The notes: generated by a model not told the origin, from the letters alone. A stretch of DNA of 64,000 nt from a candidate division WOR-3 bacterium (GCA_965649265.1 CBFGKC010000008.1:1-64000); one strand, 5' to 3'; shown: positions 38,365-49,330, numbered from the stretch's first letter. A program made the numbers and translations.

Positions 38365-40743
38365 TTGCTGCTCTTTCTATTGCTCGTTGCACAGCTTGAC
38401 AGTTTACCTCCTCCCCCTGGCTCTGCGGCGGACAGCGCGGTAACGGATTCCACATTTCAGGATACCCTGGGTAAGGGCGTCTCTGTTGTAAAGTTCAAGG
38501 CCGATACCATCATATTCTACGCCGACACCAAGGAAGTGCTTCTCTTGCACAATGCTTTGATCGAATATGGCGACATAAAGGTTTTCTCGGATTCTATCAG
38601 GTTTTCGACTTCAAACCGCCAGCTTTCGGCTTACAAACAAGTGAGATTCCTCTCGACAAATGACAGCGTTGTTGGTTCTCACATGGTCTACGACGTGGAA
38701 TCCAAGAAAGGCGTGATGGAGGGGGGGAGTACCCAGATCGATAATGGGTACTGCTACGGCCAGGGCATATGGCTAGTTAGGGAAAACACCCTTCATGTCA
38801 CCAACGGTTACTATACCACGTGCGAGCACAAAAACCCCCATTACGATTTCTACGGTCCTGAACTCAAGGTGATACTCGATGACATGGTCATTGCACGTCC
38901 GGTATTCCTTCGGGTGTTCAAGATACCGGTTCTTGCCGCTCCGTTCTGGTACCTGCCTATCGGGAGCAGCAGAAAATCGGGTTTTCTTCCTTTCCAGCTG
39001 AGTCATAACAATGTCGAGGGTTGGTTCATTAAAAAGGCCCGTTATTACTGGGTCATTAACGATTACATGGATGCGCTCTTTTCGGCGGACATAATGACTA
39101 GGACCGGCATAAAGCCAGGGGCGGTCGTCAACTGGGTCTGGGGGCCTAAAGATGCCCCGTACCTCTCAGGCGGTGTGAATGGAAGTTACATCAATGAACT
39201 CCAGACAGGTTACAAAAGATGGGAGTTTCATTTAACCGACCGGACGAAAATCCCGGACGGAACGAGTATTTCTGCCAACATCAACTTCGCAAGCGACGGC
39301 ACATACAAGTTGGACTACCTGGATAATCCAGACAGCACGCCTGTCGTTCTTGACCAGACTACCCAGTCTGATATCTCGATAAGTCGCAGTATCTTCGGCA
39401 GACCGGTTTCGCTCTCGGCGTCGCGAACGGACAATCTCAAGGATTCAACATACACCATGAAGCTGCCTAACTTTAATCTCTCCTGGCCAGCGGTTAATCT
39501 CTGGGATTTCTTTTCTATATCTTTTGGGAGTTTCAACGTTGATAATAGTTATAGCAGAGCAGTAGTCCGGGTGCCGGATACGATCTCCGGTGACAGCGTA
39601 TCAACACTTGTGGACAGCCGGACGACGGCATTCTCCCAGCCCCTGAGCCTTTCCTGGGCATACACTCTGTTGGGAGCATACACCTTCTCTCAATCCTGGG
39701 GAGCGGGACAGAGTCTTACCTTGACCCAGGACAGCATCATTCGCGGCGGCAGTTACTCGCTCTCCAATTCGGTTCGCACGACCCTTTACCGGCTTTTCAA
39801 TCTTCCGATTCAGGGAACCAAGGGCCTTTTGCACACGGTAACGCCCTCGCTGACCTATTCCATTACGCCTGCGACAGGCCTGATCTATCCCTGGCTGGCC
39901 TACCCGAGATTCGACACTTCCCTTGCGTCACATACCGTTTCCATGAGTGTGGGACAGTCCTTTCAAACCAAGCTCCGTTCACGCAGTGATACCACCGCTT
40001 TCAATAAAAAAACCCTCCTGGACCTGGGAACAAATATCAGTTATGATCTTAAGACGAACATTTTTTCGCCTGTTTCAGCGACTATCAACCTGCCGTCCGG
40101 ATTGCCGATATCTGCATATGGATCTGTGAGTTACGACCTTTACAATCATAACACTAAGTTTACTGCATATTCCTCTGTGCAGTTTGAGGATATCATCTTC
40201 CCGCTTCTGGGCCTCAAAAACAAGACGGCCAATGATACGTCCGGAAGAGATTCGGCGTATAACATCAGCCCGCCGGGCGATACGACAACGACAGACACAA
40301 CCGTATCGGACAGCTCCTCTCTCGATTCCCTGAAAACAGTGCCAAAGAAGGAAGAGGAAACCTACGTCGATCGCCTCGTAAAAAGCACCTTGAGTCTGAC
40401 TTACAACTGGGGTGTTACCTTGACCGAATCAGGAACCCAGAGTCCGACCGATATGCTGGTTTTCAGTTCAGACATCTATCTTCCTCTCGATTTCGAAGTT
40501 CTTCTCAAAGCTTCGGCCAATTTTGGAACACCCCAGAGCGACTGGCGGAATTACATCCTCTCGCCAAGTCTGACCCTGATCAAGGGGCTTCACTGCTGGG
40601 AGGCCCTCGTCGAGGTAAAGCCGAAATCAGGAGTAGTGTCTCTCAATCCCGACAGCCTTGAATGGAATTTCTATCTTCGCATCAAGGAACTGCCCGATAT
40701 AGAGATAGGTACCAAGCTCTTCGAGCGGCTCGGCGGCGGATAA
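38365..40743 (+). CDS. lptD: putative LPS assembly protein LptD
   Basis: Signal peptide; OstA-like N-domain; YTTC...PHY, RKSGFL; beta-rich body; LHCWE near C-terminus. Confidence 0.72.
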   Translation: MLLFLLLVAQLDSLPPPPGSAADSAVTDSTFQDTLGKGVSVVKFKADTIIFYADTKEVLLLHNALIEYGDIKVFSDSIRFSTSNRQLSAYKQVRFLSTNDSVVGSHMVYDVESKKGVMEGGSTQIDNGYCYGQGIWLVRENTLHVTNGYYTTCEHKNPHYDFYGPELKVILDDMVIARPVFLRVFKIPVLAAPFWYLPIGSSRKSGFLPFQLSHNNVEGWFIKKARYYWVINDYMDALFSADIMTRTGIKPGAVVNWVWGPKDAPYLSGGVNGSYINELQTGYKRWEFHLTDRTKIPDGTSISANINFASDGTYKLDYLDNPDSTPVVLDQTTQSDISISRSIFGRPVSLSASRTDNLKDSTYTMKLPNFNLSWPAVNLWDFFSISFGSFNVDNSYSRAVVRVPDTISGDSVSTLVDSRTTAFSQPLSLSWAYTLLGAYTFSQSWGAGQSLTLTQDSIIRGGSYSLSNSVRTTLYRLFNLPIQGTKGLLHTVTPSLTYSITPATGLIYPWLAYPRFDTSLASHTVSMSVGQSFQTKLRSRSDTTAFNKKTLLDLGTNISYDLKTNIFSPVSATINLPSGLPISAYGSVSYDLYNHNTKFTAYSSVQFEDIIFPLLGLKNKTANDTSGRDSAYNISPPGDTTTTDTTVSDSSSLDSLKTVPKKEEETYVDRLVKSTLSLTYNWGVTLTESGTQSPTDMLVFSSDIYLPLDFEVLLKASANFGTPQSDWRNYILSPSLTLIKGLHCWEALVEVKPKSGVVSLNPDSLEWNFYLRIKELPDIEIGTKLFERLGGG

Positions 40744-40966
40744 TCGCCCCCCTCCCTCTCAGTCATTTTATCCAGGAGAAGCTTTTTTGTCATTGATCTT
40801 TCGTCCAACTCAGGCCTGGTTCTCCGTAAGCCTCGTGTGTTTACTTGTGACAAATGACTCTCTGGCTTGCCGTCATTTGATGGATGTCGTATTTGGGAAA
40901 GCCTTTATATGATATACCCTTAACCACAGGCTTGACTATTCAATAAGGTTCGTTAAAATGTTAATA

Positions 40967-42247
40967 GTGAATTGTTATATCAAGGTTTACGGTTGCCAGA
41001 TGAACGCGGCGGACTCCAGTGTCCTGTCGCGCCTTCTTGCGGATGCAGGTATCGACGAGACGTCTGAAGAGACGAATGCCGATGCCGTAGTTCTTCTTAC
41101 GTGTTCGGTAAGGCAGCACGCGGAGGAGCGGGCACGAGGATTCGCGCGAACCATGAGGGGGATGGGAAAGAAAGTGATCGTGGCGGGCTGCATGGGCAAG
41201 TTGAGGGCCGGGGAGCTTGTTGAAGCAGGGGTTGCCGATTACGTGGTGGGTCCGGACGAATACCGCCTGATTCCCCGATTACTGGCCGATGATGCACCGC
41301 AAACACATCCTCACCGGGAAGACCTTGAGACCTACGAAGACCTGCTGCCCAGGGCCCAGGGCACGGTCAGCGCATCGCTGGCAATAACGCGTGGATGCAA
41401 CAATTACTGCACCTACTGTGTAGTTCCCTACGCCAGGGGGGCCGAGCGCAGCATACCCTATGAATCGATTGAGAGACAGGTACGTCACTTCGTCGAACAC
41501 GGCGCGAAAGAGATATTTCTTCTCGGGCAGAACGTTCTCGCTTATAACCACGGGGATTTGCGCTTCATCGATATCCTAGAACGGCTGAGTGATATCCGTG
41601 GTGTCGAAAGACTGGGCTTTTTAACGTCCCATCCTCGCGACCTTTCAAGGCAGGATCTCGAGCGCATGGCAGAGCTTCCCAAGCTTCTCGAATTCTTCCA
41701 CCTGCCTCTCCAGTCGGCGTCCGACAAGGTTCTTGCCTTCATGAATCGCGGGTATACATTTGGGGAATACGAGATAAAGATTGCGTGGATTCGTGAGTTG
41801 TTCCCGAATCCCTACATCACTACCGATCTCCTCGTGGGCTTTCCGGGAGAAACGGACGAAGACTTCCGGACAACCCTTGATGCGGTCAAAGGTATCGGTT
41901 TTGATTTTGCATACATGTTTGCCTATTCCGAGCGTCCGGGGACCAGGGCGGAGCAAATGCCTTGTAAGGTTCCCGATGGAGAAAGAGGCGGGCGATTGAG
42001 CGTTTTAATAGATCATGTCAACTCCGTCACCAGGGAAAGAGCCTCCAGGCTCGTGGGCAGCGAAGAAGAAGTCTTCATAACCGCGCCCGCCCCTCGCGGT
42101 GACGGAGCAATGCTTGCAGGACTTAGAAACCACCGAAGCGTCATTTTTAAACAAACCGCGATGCCGGGTGAACGCCTTAATGCGCGAATCGTACGCCTTG
42201 AAGGTCTCACCTTGCTCGCCGAACCATTAAGAAAAGAGGTGGTATGA
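40967..42247 (+). CDS. miaB: tRNA methylthiotransferase MiaB
   Basis: YGCQMN, TCSVRQHAE, GCNNYCTYC, HLPLQS, VGFPGET, YSERPGT, TRAM domain; GTG start at 40967. Confidence 0.9.
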   Translation: MNCYIKVYGCQMNAADSSVLSRLLADAGIDETSEETNADAVVLLTCSVRQHAEERARGFARTMRGMGKKVIVAGCMGKLRAGELVEAGVADYVVGPDEYRLIPRLLADDAPQTHPHREDLETYEDLLPRAQGTVSASLAITRGCNNYCTYCVVPYARGAERSIPYESIERQVRHFVEHGAKEIFLLGQNVLAYNHGDLRFIDILERLSDIRGVERLGFLTSHPRDLSRQDLERMAELPKLLEFFHLPLQSASDKVLAFMNRGYTFGEYEIKIAWIRELFPNPYITTDLLVGFPGETDEDFRTTLDAVKGIGFDFAYMFAYSERPGTRAEQMPCKVPDGERGGRLSVLIDHVNSVTRERASRLVGSEEEVFITAPAPRGDGAMLAGLRNHRSVIFKQTAMPGERLNARIVRLEGLTLLAEPLRKEVV

Positions 42248-42603
42248 GAATATTACTCTGGATAGTGGTGCTTGTTGCATCAGCCGTAATGATAGTAATC
42301 TTCGCCGGTTTTAATTCGGGCAACCCGCTAGCTAATCCGCCCGTGGCGCCGGTTCTAGTTGATGTGAAATTCTTCGGCGAGTACAAGATTCCCATTGTGC
42401 TCCTCGGTCTTATCGCATTCGGTCTGGGCGCAGCCGCCTTGTTCCTCATCACCATCGTAGAAGAGGTAGCGCTCAGAAGCCGTATTCATCGCCTTAAGAA
42501 GGAAATGGAAGCGATGCGCAAGGAGATAAACGCGCTTCGCAACCTGCCGCTCGCCGCCGAGATTATGACCAAAGATATAGAAAAACCTGAAGGTGCAAAA
42601 TGA
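42244..42603 (+). CDS. lapA: LapA family membrane protein
   Basis: Two TM helices plus coiled coil ending LRNLPL; upstream of LapB-like gene. Confidence 0.75.
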   Translation: MRILLWIVVLVASAVMIVIFAGFNSGNPLANPPVAPVLVDVKFFGEYKIPIVLLGLIAFGLGAAALFLITIVEEVALRSRIHRLKKEMEAMRKEINALRNLPLAAEIMTKDIEKPEGAK

Positions 42604-43709
42604 ACCTGCTGTGGCTCATTCCTGCACTCGTTTTTGCAGTTCTTTTAATAATCATAATCGTCTTCCTGGCCAAACGTCGCACTCAGCCGCCGGTGAACAT
42701 TTATCAGGATGCTTTGAAGGCGCTTCTTGACGGGAAAGAACTTGAGGCGATGAGACGACTGCGGGACACCGTGATGCACGACACCGATAACGTTGACGCC
42801 TACATAAGGTTAGGCCGGCTTATACGCGAGAAGGGTGACGCAGAAAAGGCTGCAAACATTCACCAGTCGCTTACGGTCAGGCCTACCCTCAAAAGGGATG
42901 AGGAACTGAGGATATACGAGGAGCTTATTGAGGATTACTCGGCAATGGGCAGGGTCGAAAAGGCGGTCGATCTCTTGAAGGAGATAATCCGGCTTGCGCA
43001 TGACAAGCTTCCATACCTCAGAAGACTCCTCTCGATGCTCGTCACCAGGCACCGAACGGACGAGGTCTACGAGATTCTCCGCAAACACGAGAAGATGCTT
43101 TCGGACAAAAAAGAAGCCGCGTCATGGTATGCCGAGAATGCCAGGATTCAACTCGAAAAAGGCGACATCAAGGCATCAGAGAGCCTCAAGAACGCACAGA
43201 GGCTTTCAAAAGATCACCCTTACGTAATAATAGTGCAGGTTCAGCAGTTCATTAAATCTGAACAGCTTGCGAAGGCGAAACCTCTGCTAGAGAAATTTCT
43301 TAAGCTCTATCCGGAGGAAGCCGAGAGTGTGCTCGACCTCGTTGAACAGGTTTACTTCGAGCTGGGAATATACGAAAAAGTCGTTGCGCTTTATGAAGGC
43401 CTCCTAAAAAAATATCCGCAGAAACGGGATGTGCGGTTAAGGCTTGCCCGGATAAGAACCAAGGAAGGTTCGGAGGAGGAGGCTGGAGCTCTCATCGACG
43501 CCGCATTGCTGGAAAATCCCGGCGATGTGCCCTTCATTATCGAAAGGGTAAGTCTCTATCTTGCCGACGGGAAGCTTGACGCGGCGCGAGATACCTTCGA
43601 AAGACTCGAAGATATTGTGGTCTCGTCCGCTTCAGTTTGCCCTGAGTGCGGAGAAGTGCTTAAGCCTGAAAGCTGGTTCTGTTCAAGCTGCGGTGTGCCC
43701 GTAAACTGA
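42600..43709 (+). CDS. lapB: LapB-like TPR protein with C-terminal rubredoxin-type motif
   Basis: N-terminal TM, LG.L.RE.GD..KA..IHQSL, CPECG...WFCSSC. Confidence 0.78.
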   Translation: MNLLWLIPALVFAVLLIIIIVFLAKRRTQPPVNIYQDALKALLDGKELEAMRRLRDTVMHDTDNVDAYIRLGRLIREKGDAEKAANIHQSLTVRPTLKRDEELRIYEELIEDYSAMGRVEKAVDLLKEIIRLAHDKLPYLRRLLSMLVTRHRTDEVYEILRKHEKMLSDKKEAASWYAENARIQLEKGDIKASESLKNAQRLSKDHPYVIIVQVQQFIKSEQLAKAKPLLEKFLKLYPEEAESVLDLVEQVYFELGIYEKVVALYEGLLKKYPQKRDVRLRLARIRTKEGSEEEAGALIDAALLENPGDVPFIIERVSLYLADGKLDAARDTFERLEDIVVSSASVCPECGEVLKPESWFCSSCGVPVN

Positions 43710-43711
43710 AT

Positions 43712-44455
43712 ATGATTATAGAGCTTCTTCTGGCCGTAACTCTTTCAGAGGGACTTGTGGCCGTGAACGCAGGCGATTACGAGAAGGCGCAAAAAACATT
43801 TGCTCAATTTATAAGTGAACATCCCAGTGATGCGGGACTTGCCCAGGCCACTTTATGGCTTGCCAGGCTTGAACAAAACCCTGAGACTTCACGTAAGATT
43901 TATCTTCAGGTTGTAGATAGTTACCGTCAATCCCCATATGCGGATAGTGCTTTTCTTGAAGCCTCTTCAATCGATTACGCTTTCGGTCTTTATCAGCAAG
44001 CTGCGACCAAGCTCAAGCAGCTTGTAGTTCTCTACCCCAGGAGTCCACTCATCCCGGAGGCGTGCTACTGGCTGGGACTATGCTACTGTATACTCGGCGA
44101 CAGAACTTCGGCAGAATCTATTTTTAAACAATCAAGAGATTCAGGCGTGGGAAGTCTTTGGGGATCTCTGGCGCAGCAAGAGCTCGATGCTCTCAATAAG
44201 GTCACTACCCCTCCCCCCCTGAATGAAGGCGGGTTTGCCGTGCAGGTGGGATCCTTCTCCGATCGCAGCCGGGCAGAAAAGCTGCTTTCGGATTACAAAA
44301 CAAAGGGCCGTGCCGGTGAAATCAAGGAAGTGGGTGTATCAGGAAGCACGTATTACCGCGTATGGCTGGGGCCTTTCAACACGGAGGCAGATGCCAGGAA
44401 CTATGCCGAGACCCTTAAAGCCCAGGGCACAGCCGCGATGGTCGTCAAGCGTTAG
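43712..44455 (+). CDS. TPR + SPOR domain periplasmic protein
   Basis: CpoB-like TPRs; FAVQVGSF..YRVWLGPF SPOR domain. Confidence 0.85.
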   Translation: MIIELLLAVTLSEGLVAVNAGDYEKAQKTFAQFISEHPSDAGLAQATLWLARLEQNPETSRKIYLQVVDSYRQSPYADSAFLEASSIDYAFGLYQQAATKLKQLVVLYPRSPLIPEACYWLGLCYCILGDRTSAESIFKQSRDSGVGSLWGSLAQQELDALNKVTTPPPLNEGGFAVQVGSFSDRSRAEKLLSDYKTKGRAGEIKEVGVSGSTYYRVWLGPFNTEADARNYAETLKAQGTAAMVVKR

Positions 44456-44461
44456 GTCGGT

Positions 44462-47038
44462 TTGAACTTAGATTCCACTCCCCTTTTAAAACAGTACCAC
44501 GAGATAAAGAAAAAGCACCCCGACGCGTTGCTTTTCTTCAGGATGGGCGATTTCTACGAGATGATGTACGAGGATGCCAAAACGGCGGCAAGGATTCTTG
44601 GCATCGCGCTCACATCCCGGAATTACGGCAGCACCGGAGGGATACCTCTGGCCGGGGTGCCCGTAAAAAGCTACGAGCAGTACCTGACGAGGCTCGTGAA
44701 GGCGGGCCTCAAGGTAGCCATTTGCGACCAGGTTGAACTTCCCGACCCCCGAAAGAAACTTCTGCAGAGAGAGGTCACCGAGATAATAACCCCTGGAACT
44801 ATTTCGTCGGCGGAGATGCTCGATTCCACGAAAGGCAACTATCTTGCCGTTCTCATCAAGGAAGCAAAAGAAGCCGGTCTTGCGTACGCCGACGTCTCAA
44901 CAGGCGAGTTCACATGCGGGCAGGTTACCCTTGACGAAGCTGAGGAGCATCTTGCCAAGATATATCCAAGCGAACTGCTTCTTGCCGCCACGGAGACCTG
45001 GAGGCCTGTTCTGTTTGAAGCAAGAATCCAGGGCATAGACGATTATCTTTTCGATCCTGACATGGCTGCAGAAAACCTTACCAGGCATTTCAACGTTGCG
45101 AATCTTGAAGGGTTGGGGCTCGCAAACAAACCGTTAGCTTTGCGGGCGGCAGGTGCGGCGCTCAGTTATCTGACGGAGCAAAAGAAGAGTGTCTTGCCGC
45201 ATATCGAAACGCTTCGGGTTTTCGATGGGTCCAGGTATCTTGCCGTCGATGAGTTTACTCAGCGCAACCTTGAGCTTCTCGAACGCCAGCGCGATCGCTC
45301 AAGCCAGGGTTCGCTTTTCTCCGTACTCAACAAAACACTGACACCTTCAGGGACGAGGCTTCTGGCGCGCTGGATTATATTCCCCCTCAGTTCAAAAAAT
45401 GAAGTGCGGGAGAGGCTTGACGCTCTTGAGGAGTTATTAAAGAGGAAAGATATGTCACAGACCGTCAAGGAGCTTCTTGAGGAAGTCGGTGACCCGGAGA
45501 GGCTGGTTTCCAAAGTCGCCACCCAGAAGGCCAATCCAAGGGAAGTGCTGCGGCTCGCGACGGTTCTTAAAACAGGTTCGCTAATGAAAAAGCTCCTGGG
45601 TTCCGCCGAGTCTGCAATGCTTGCGGGGCTGGCTTCGAGAATTGAAGACTTCGAAGAGCTTGCCTCTGAAATAGAGCGAACGATCGCCGACGACCCGTCC
45701 ATAGCACTTCTTGAGGGCGGGATCATTCAACATGGTCTAAGCGCCGAGCTGGACGAACTCCGCGACCTTGCACACAATGCCAGAACTCATATTGCCTCTC
45801 TTCAGGCGAAAGAACGCCAGGCCACGGGCATTGAAAAGCTCAAGGTGGGCTACACGAGCGTCTTCGGCTACTACATCGAAATCCCGCGCAGCCTTTCCTC
45901 AAAAGTTCCTTCCCACTACATCCGCAAACAAACCCTCGTGAATGCGGAAAGGTTCTTTACACCCGAACTCAAAGAGCTTGAGCAGAAGATCCTTTCGGCC
46001 GAGGACCGCTCGAGAATCATTGAATACGAGATGTTTCTTGCGTTTCGCGAGAAGCTTTCGACCCATTCCGCTTCATTTCGGGCGCTTGCCGGAGCGATTG
46101 CAGAGATAGACGTTCTCCGGTCACTCGCCGAGGCCGCGCGCGAGAACGGCTACGTTAAACCTGAAATTACCGAGGACACGGAGATCCGAATATCGGGGTC
46201 GCGCCATCCGGTCGTGGAGAAGCTTCTCTCCGAGCGCTTCATACCAAACGACGTCAGGCTCGATACCGACGAGAATATGATACTTCTCGTGACCGGTCCG
46301 AACATGGCCGGCAAGTCGACCTACCTGCGCCAGGTTGCCCTGACCGTCATCATGGCGCAGATGGGTTCGTTCGTACCCGCATCGAGTGCGCGAATCGGGC
46401 TCGTGGACAAAATATTCACCCGCATCGGAGCGTCCGATGATCTCTCGCGCGGCGTATCGACGTTTCTCGCCGAGATGGCCGAGACCGCAAACATACTGCG
46501 TTCGGCGACGCCCAGGAGCCTCGTGATTCTGGACGAGATCGGCAGGGGGACCTCCACCTACGACGGGATGGCCATCGCCTGGGCGGTAATCGAGTACCTG
46601 CACAACTCGCCCGATCTGCGGCCCAAGACGCTTTTCGCTACCCATTACCACGAGCTGACCGAGCTTTCCTCGCATTTCCGCGGGCTGCGCAACGTGAGCT
46701 TTTCCGTCAAGCGCACGCCGGAGGGCATTCTATTCCTTCGCAAGCTCCGCTACGAACCTTCAGACCAGAGCTATGGAATCGAGGTGGCGCGCCTTGCAGG
46801 TCTGCCGAAGGCAGTCGTCGAACGCTCCCGCATGCTGCTCGACAGGATATACAAGGGCGAAACCGTTTCGATAGACGAAATTCTTACCGAAAAGAAACTT
46901 CAGCTGCGGCTCTTTACCGGCGCCGTTGAGGACGAAATCGCCAAGGAACTCGCCGAGCTAGACCTCGATGCCCTTTCACCCATCGAAGCGCTTCAGAAAC
47001 TCATCGCCTGGCAAGATAAAATTAATAAGTCCGAATGA
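44462..47038 (+). CDS. mutS: DNA mismatch repair protein MutS
   Basis: FFRMGDFYE, TGPNMAGKST, STFLAEM, DEIGRGTST, ATHYHEL, SYGIEVA. Confidence 0.97.
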   Translation: MNLDSTPLLKQYHEIKKKHPDALLFFRMGDFYEMMYEDAKTAARILGIALTSRNYGSTGGIPLAGVPVKSYEQYLTRLVKAGLKVAICDQVELPDPRKKLLQREVTEIITPGTISSAEMLDSTKGNYLAVLIKEAKEAGLAYADVSTGEFTCGQVTLDEAEEHLAKIYPSELLLAATETWRPVLFEARIQGIDDYLFDPDMAAENLTRHFNVANLEGLGLANKPLALRAAGAALSYLTEQKKSVLPHIETLRVFDGSRYLAVDEFTQRNLELLERQRDRSSQGSLFSVLNKTLTPSGTRLLARWIIFPLSSKNEVRERLDALEELLKRKDMSQTVKELLEEVGDPERLVSKVATQKANPREVLRLATVLKTGSLMKKLLGSAESAMLAGLASRIEDFEELASEIERTIADDPSIALLEGGIIQHGLSAELDELRDLAHNARTHIASLQAKERQATGIEKLKVGYTSVFGYYIEIPRSLSSKVPSHYIRKQTLVNAERFFTPELKELEQKILSAEDRSRIIEYEMFLAFREKLSTHSASFRALAGAIAEIDVLRSLAEAARENGYVKPEITEDTEIRISGSRHPVVEKLLSERFIPNDVRLDTDENMILLVTGPNMAGKSTYLRQVALTVIMAQMGSFVPASSARIGLVDKIFTRIGASDDLSRGVSTFLAEMAETANILRSATPRSLVILDEIGRGTSTYDGMAIAWAVIEYLHNSPDLRPKTLFATHYHELTELSSHFRGLRNVSFSVKRTPEGILFLRKLRYEPSDQSYGIEVARLAGLPKAVVERSRMLLDRIYKGETVSIDEILTEKKLQLRLFTGAVEDEIAKELAELDLDALSPIEALQKLIAWQDKINKSE

Positions 47039-47382
47039 ATTCACTAGTCAATTCTATCTATAACTCTATTATCTGCTGGTAACTTTATCAAATCTACGCA
47101 AGATAACCTTAAGCGTGGCCAGTGTTTCCATAGAAACCTTCATGGCCTTTTCCTTATATCCTTTCTTTATCTCGCTCACCTTGTGTGTCTTTCCCTTTTC
47201 TGCTTTTTGCTCTCTTCAATGGTCTTCGCCCATATCCTGTTTATCTTGTCGTAGTAGTCGAAGAGCTTTCCTGCAATTGTTGGAAGTGCCGCACCCAAAA
47301 ACCATGAATCCCTTCTTGTTGTGCTATCTTCAACAGTTTATCGTCTAGTTGTAAAACTTAGAAGAAGATTACATAGTCTAAG

Positions 47383-48012
47383 TTATGGATCCGATTCGAT
47401 TTCTTTAATTACTGTTTTTACGCTCTTTTTTGCGTTCGTAGTTTCTTCCAAAGCTTTAGTGAGTAACATATCCGTAGTCGTGGTGGACCTTATGAAACAC
47501 TCTGAAGCCTGAGATTCGTTTTCTGTTGCTTCGTGACCTTCTGAAGCATTTTCAATTGTTGCATTTGTTTCGGCATCTTCCCTTACTTGCTTTTGAATGG
47601 AGGAATATTCAGAATTTACCGCTTCTAATGCATCATAAGCATAGTGTAAGTTTTTAATAAGTTCAGTATGGAAGCCTGAGACTGTGGGAAGTACATCAAC
47701 TAGTTTTGGAAATATGTCTACTTTTGTAAAGATTGGTACTCCACTTCTAGTTATAATGTCAACCATTGCATGGTTGTTAATAGCATTTTCTAGCAAGGTG
47801 ATATTATGGTCGAGTTCATACTCCACAGTACGGAGGTAGTAGAGTAGTTTTTTCAAGTCATCTCTGCGTTTAATTTTTCTTCGATGGCTTTCTATTAGTA
47901 ATTGGGTCATATAACCAACGGCCCCGGCTACAAGACCACCGAGAACTACTCCCCAGAATTTTTCCCAATCAACCGAATATAAAAATTGGACAACTGAACT
48001 CCAAAAGTTCAT
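47383..48012 (-). CDS. hypothetical membrane-anchored helical protein, AT-rich
   Basis: 209-aa ORF with N-terminal TM; 4-nt overlap with upstream gene. Confidence 0.65.
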   Translation of the reverse strand: MNFWSSVVQFLYSVDWEKFWGVVLGGLVAGAVGYMTQLLIESHRRKIKRRDDLKKLLYYLRTVEYELDHNITLLENAINNHAMVDIITRSGVPIFTKVDIFPKLVDVLPTVSGFHTELIKNLHYAYDALEAVNSEYSSIQKQVREDAETNATIENASEGHEATENESQASECFIRSTTTTDMLLTKALEETTNAKKSVKTVIKEIESDP

Positions 48013-48650
48013 TCCTGCTCCTTATTCCACGTTGCTTCCCAGCGGCAGCACCCGTCGCCCTTGTGAACGCACAGCGTCTCCTTCACCGCAAGGTTCTTAA
48101 GGTTCTGGTTCTTCCCGGCAGTGAAAAGCCAGGCCTCGAACTGCGGGCACAGCAGAGGATCGACCGCAGGGAAATCGTGAAGCTCTAGCGCAACCATGCC
48201 CACCTCGCCCTCCTCGCCCTCCTTGCCCTCCTCCTCGCCTCCCTCGCCTTCTATAGCCTTTTCAAATACCTGCATGGTGCCTGGTCGATAGAACTTTTTC
48301 CACAGCGATGCGGCTTGCTTCAAAATCAAGTGTAAGGGGAGGTGCTTCATTATCCCGCGCAGGAAGGTGGACTGTTCGAATGTAGAAGTGTAGAGCCCGA
48401 GTTCGAACGCAGCTTTTCTTGCGTCCTGCGGGTTGAACCTGGCCGCTACCCTGGCTCTGAGGTCACGGATTATTTCCACAGGATACCACTCTGCCCTGTT
48501 AGCCTCCTGAACGATCCGTGAATGCTCCACGGGCAGATGCGACAAAAAAGTCACGTACCCCTCCTCATCCAGATGTTCCCTGACGTACTCTCTCACCGCA
48601 ATTATCGCAATGCCGCGAACGAGTACGGCCGGTTCAATACGCTCCTCCAT
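48009..48650 (-). CDS. stand-alone V4R-like protein (DUF2378/TIGR02265-like), paralog 3
   Basis: VRGI...REYV, EWYP, W..FY..G, ETLCVHKGDGCCRW. Confidence 0.7.
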   Translation of the reverse strand: MEERIEPAVLVRGIAIIAVREYVREHLDEEGYVTFLSHLPVEHSRIVQEANRAEWYPVEIIRDLRARVAARFNPQDARKAAFELGLYTSTFEQSTFLRGIMKHLPLHLILKQAASLWKKFYRPGTMQVFEKAIEGEGGEEEGKEGEEGEVGMVALELHDFPAVDPLLCPQFEAWLFTAGKNQNLKNLAVKETLCVHKGDGCCRWEATWNKEQE

Positions 48651-48688
48651 ATGAAAAGATTATATTCAACATTTTTTATGGGGCAAGT

Positions 48689-49291
48689 CTATTCGTGAAA
48701 CCCGGGAGGGGGGCTCTTCCAGGTAACGGCCCAGGTGCAGCATTCATCGCCCGTGTGTATGCAGCTTTCCTTTTTCGTAGCGACATCCCTGAAGCCTGCT
48801 GTCGAGAAAACCCTTTTAAACCACGCCTCGAGCAGCGGGCAGAAAAGCGGGTCCGAGTGGAAATCGTTCAAATGGATCAAAACGCCGTTACTCTTGCGAA
48901 CGGCATTGAGGGTGCCCTGGTTATAATATTTCTTCCAGATCAGATTGACGTTGCCGAGAATGAGATGAAGTGGTACGTTTCCCAGCATTCCTTTCAGGAA
49001 CGTCGATATCTCGTAACTGGCCGCAAAGAGTCCTGCTTCGAAAATAGCTTTTTCGGGGTAGTGGGGGTTAAAGTGGTTTGCGATTGCCTTGCGCAGCTTG
49101 CGCTGCAAGAAAAAAGGATACCAGGAACTCCTTTTTGCGTTCATGATCGTATCGAAGTCTGCCGGAAACATGTGGGTCATGAAGTGCCCGAACTCCATCG
49201 GGTCGAGATTTGCGCATACGTATTCCCTCAGGGATATGATCGAAATGCCTCGCACCTTGAGCGGCGAGTTGTGAGAGCCCTCCATGAGCAT
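48689..49291 (-). CDS. stand-alone V4R-like protein, paralog 2
   Basis: VRGISIISLREYV, SWYP, WKKYY..G, ESCIHTGDECCTW. Confidence 0.7.
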   Translation of the reverse strand: MLMEGSHNSPLKVRGISIISLREYVCANLDPMEFGHFMTHMFPADFDTIMNAKRSSWYPFFLQRKLRKAIANHFNPHYPEKAIFEAGLFAASYEISTFLKGMLGNVPLHLILGNVNLIWKKYYNQGTLNAVRKSNGVLIHLNDFHSDPLFCPLLEAWFKRVFSTAGFRDVATKKESCIHTGDECCTWAVTWKSPPPGFHE

Positions 49292-49330
49292 ACTGCATTA
49301 TAATAGAAAAAAACCCCGGTATTGTCAAGT

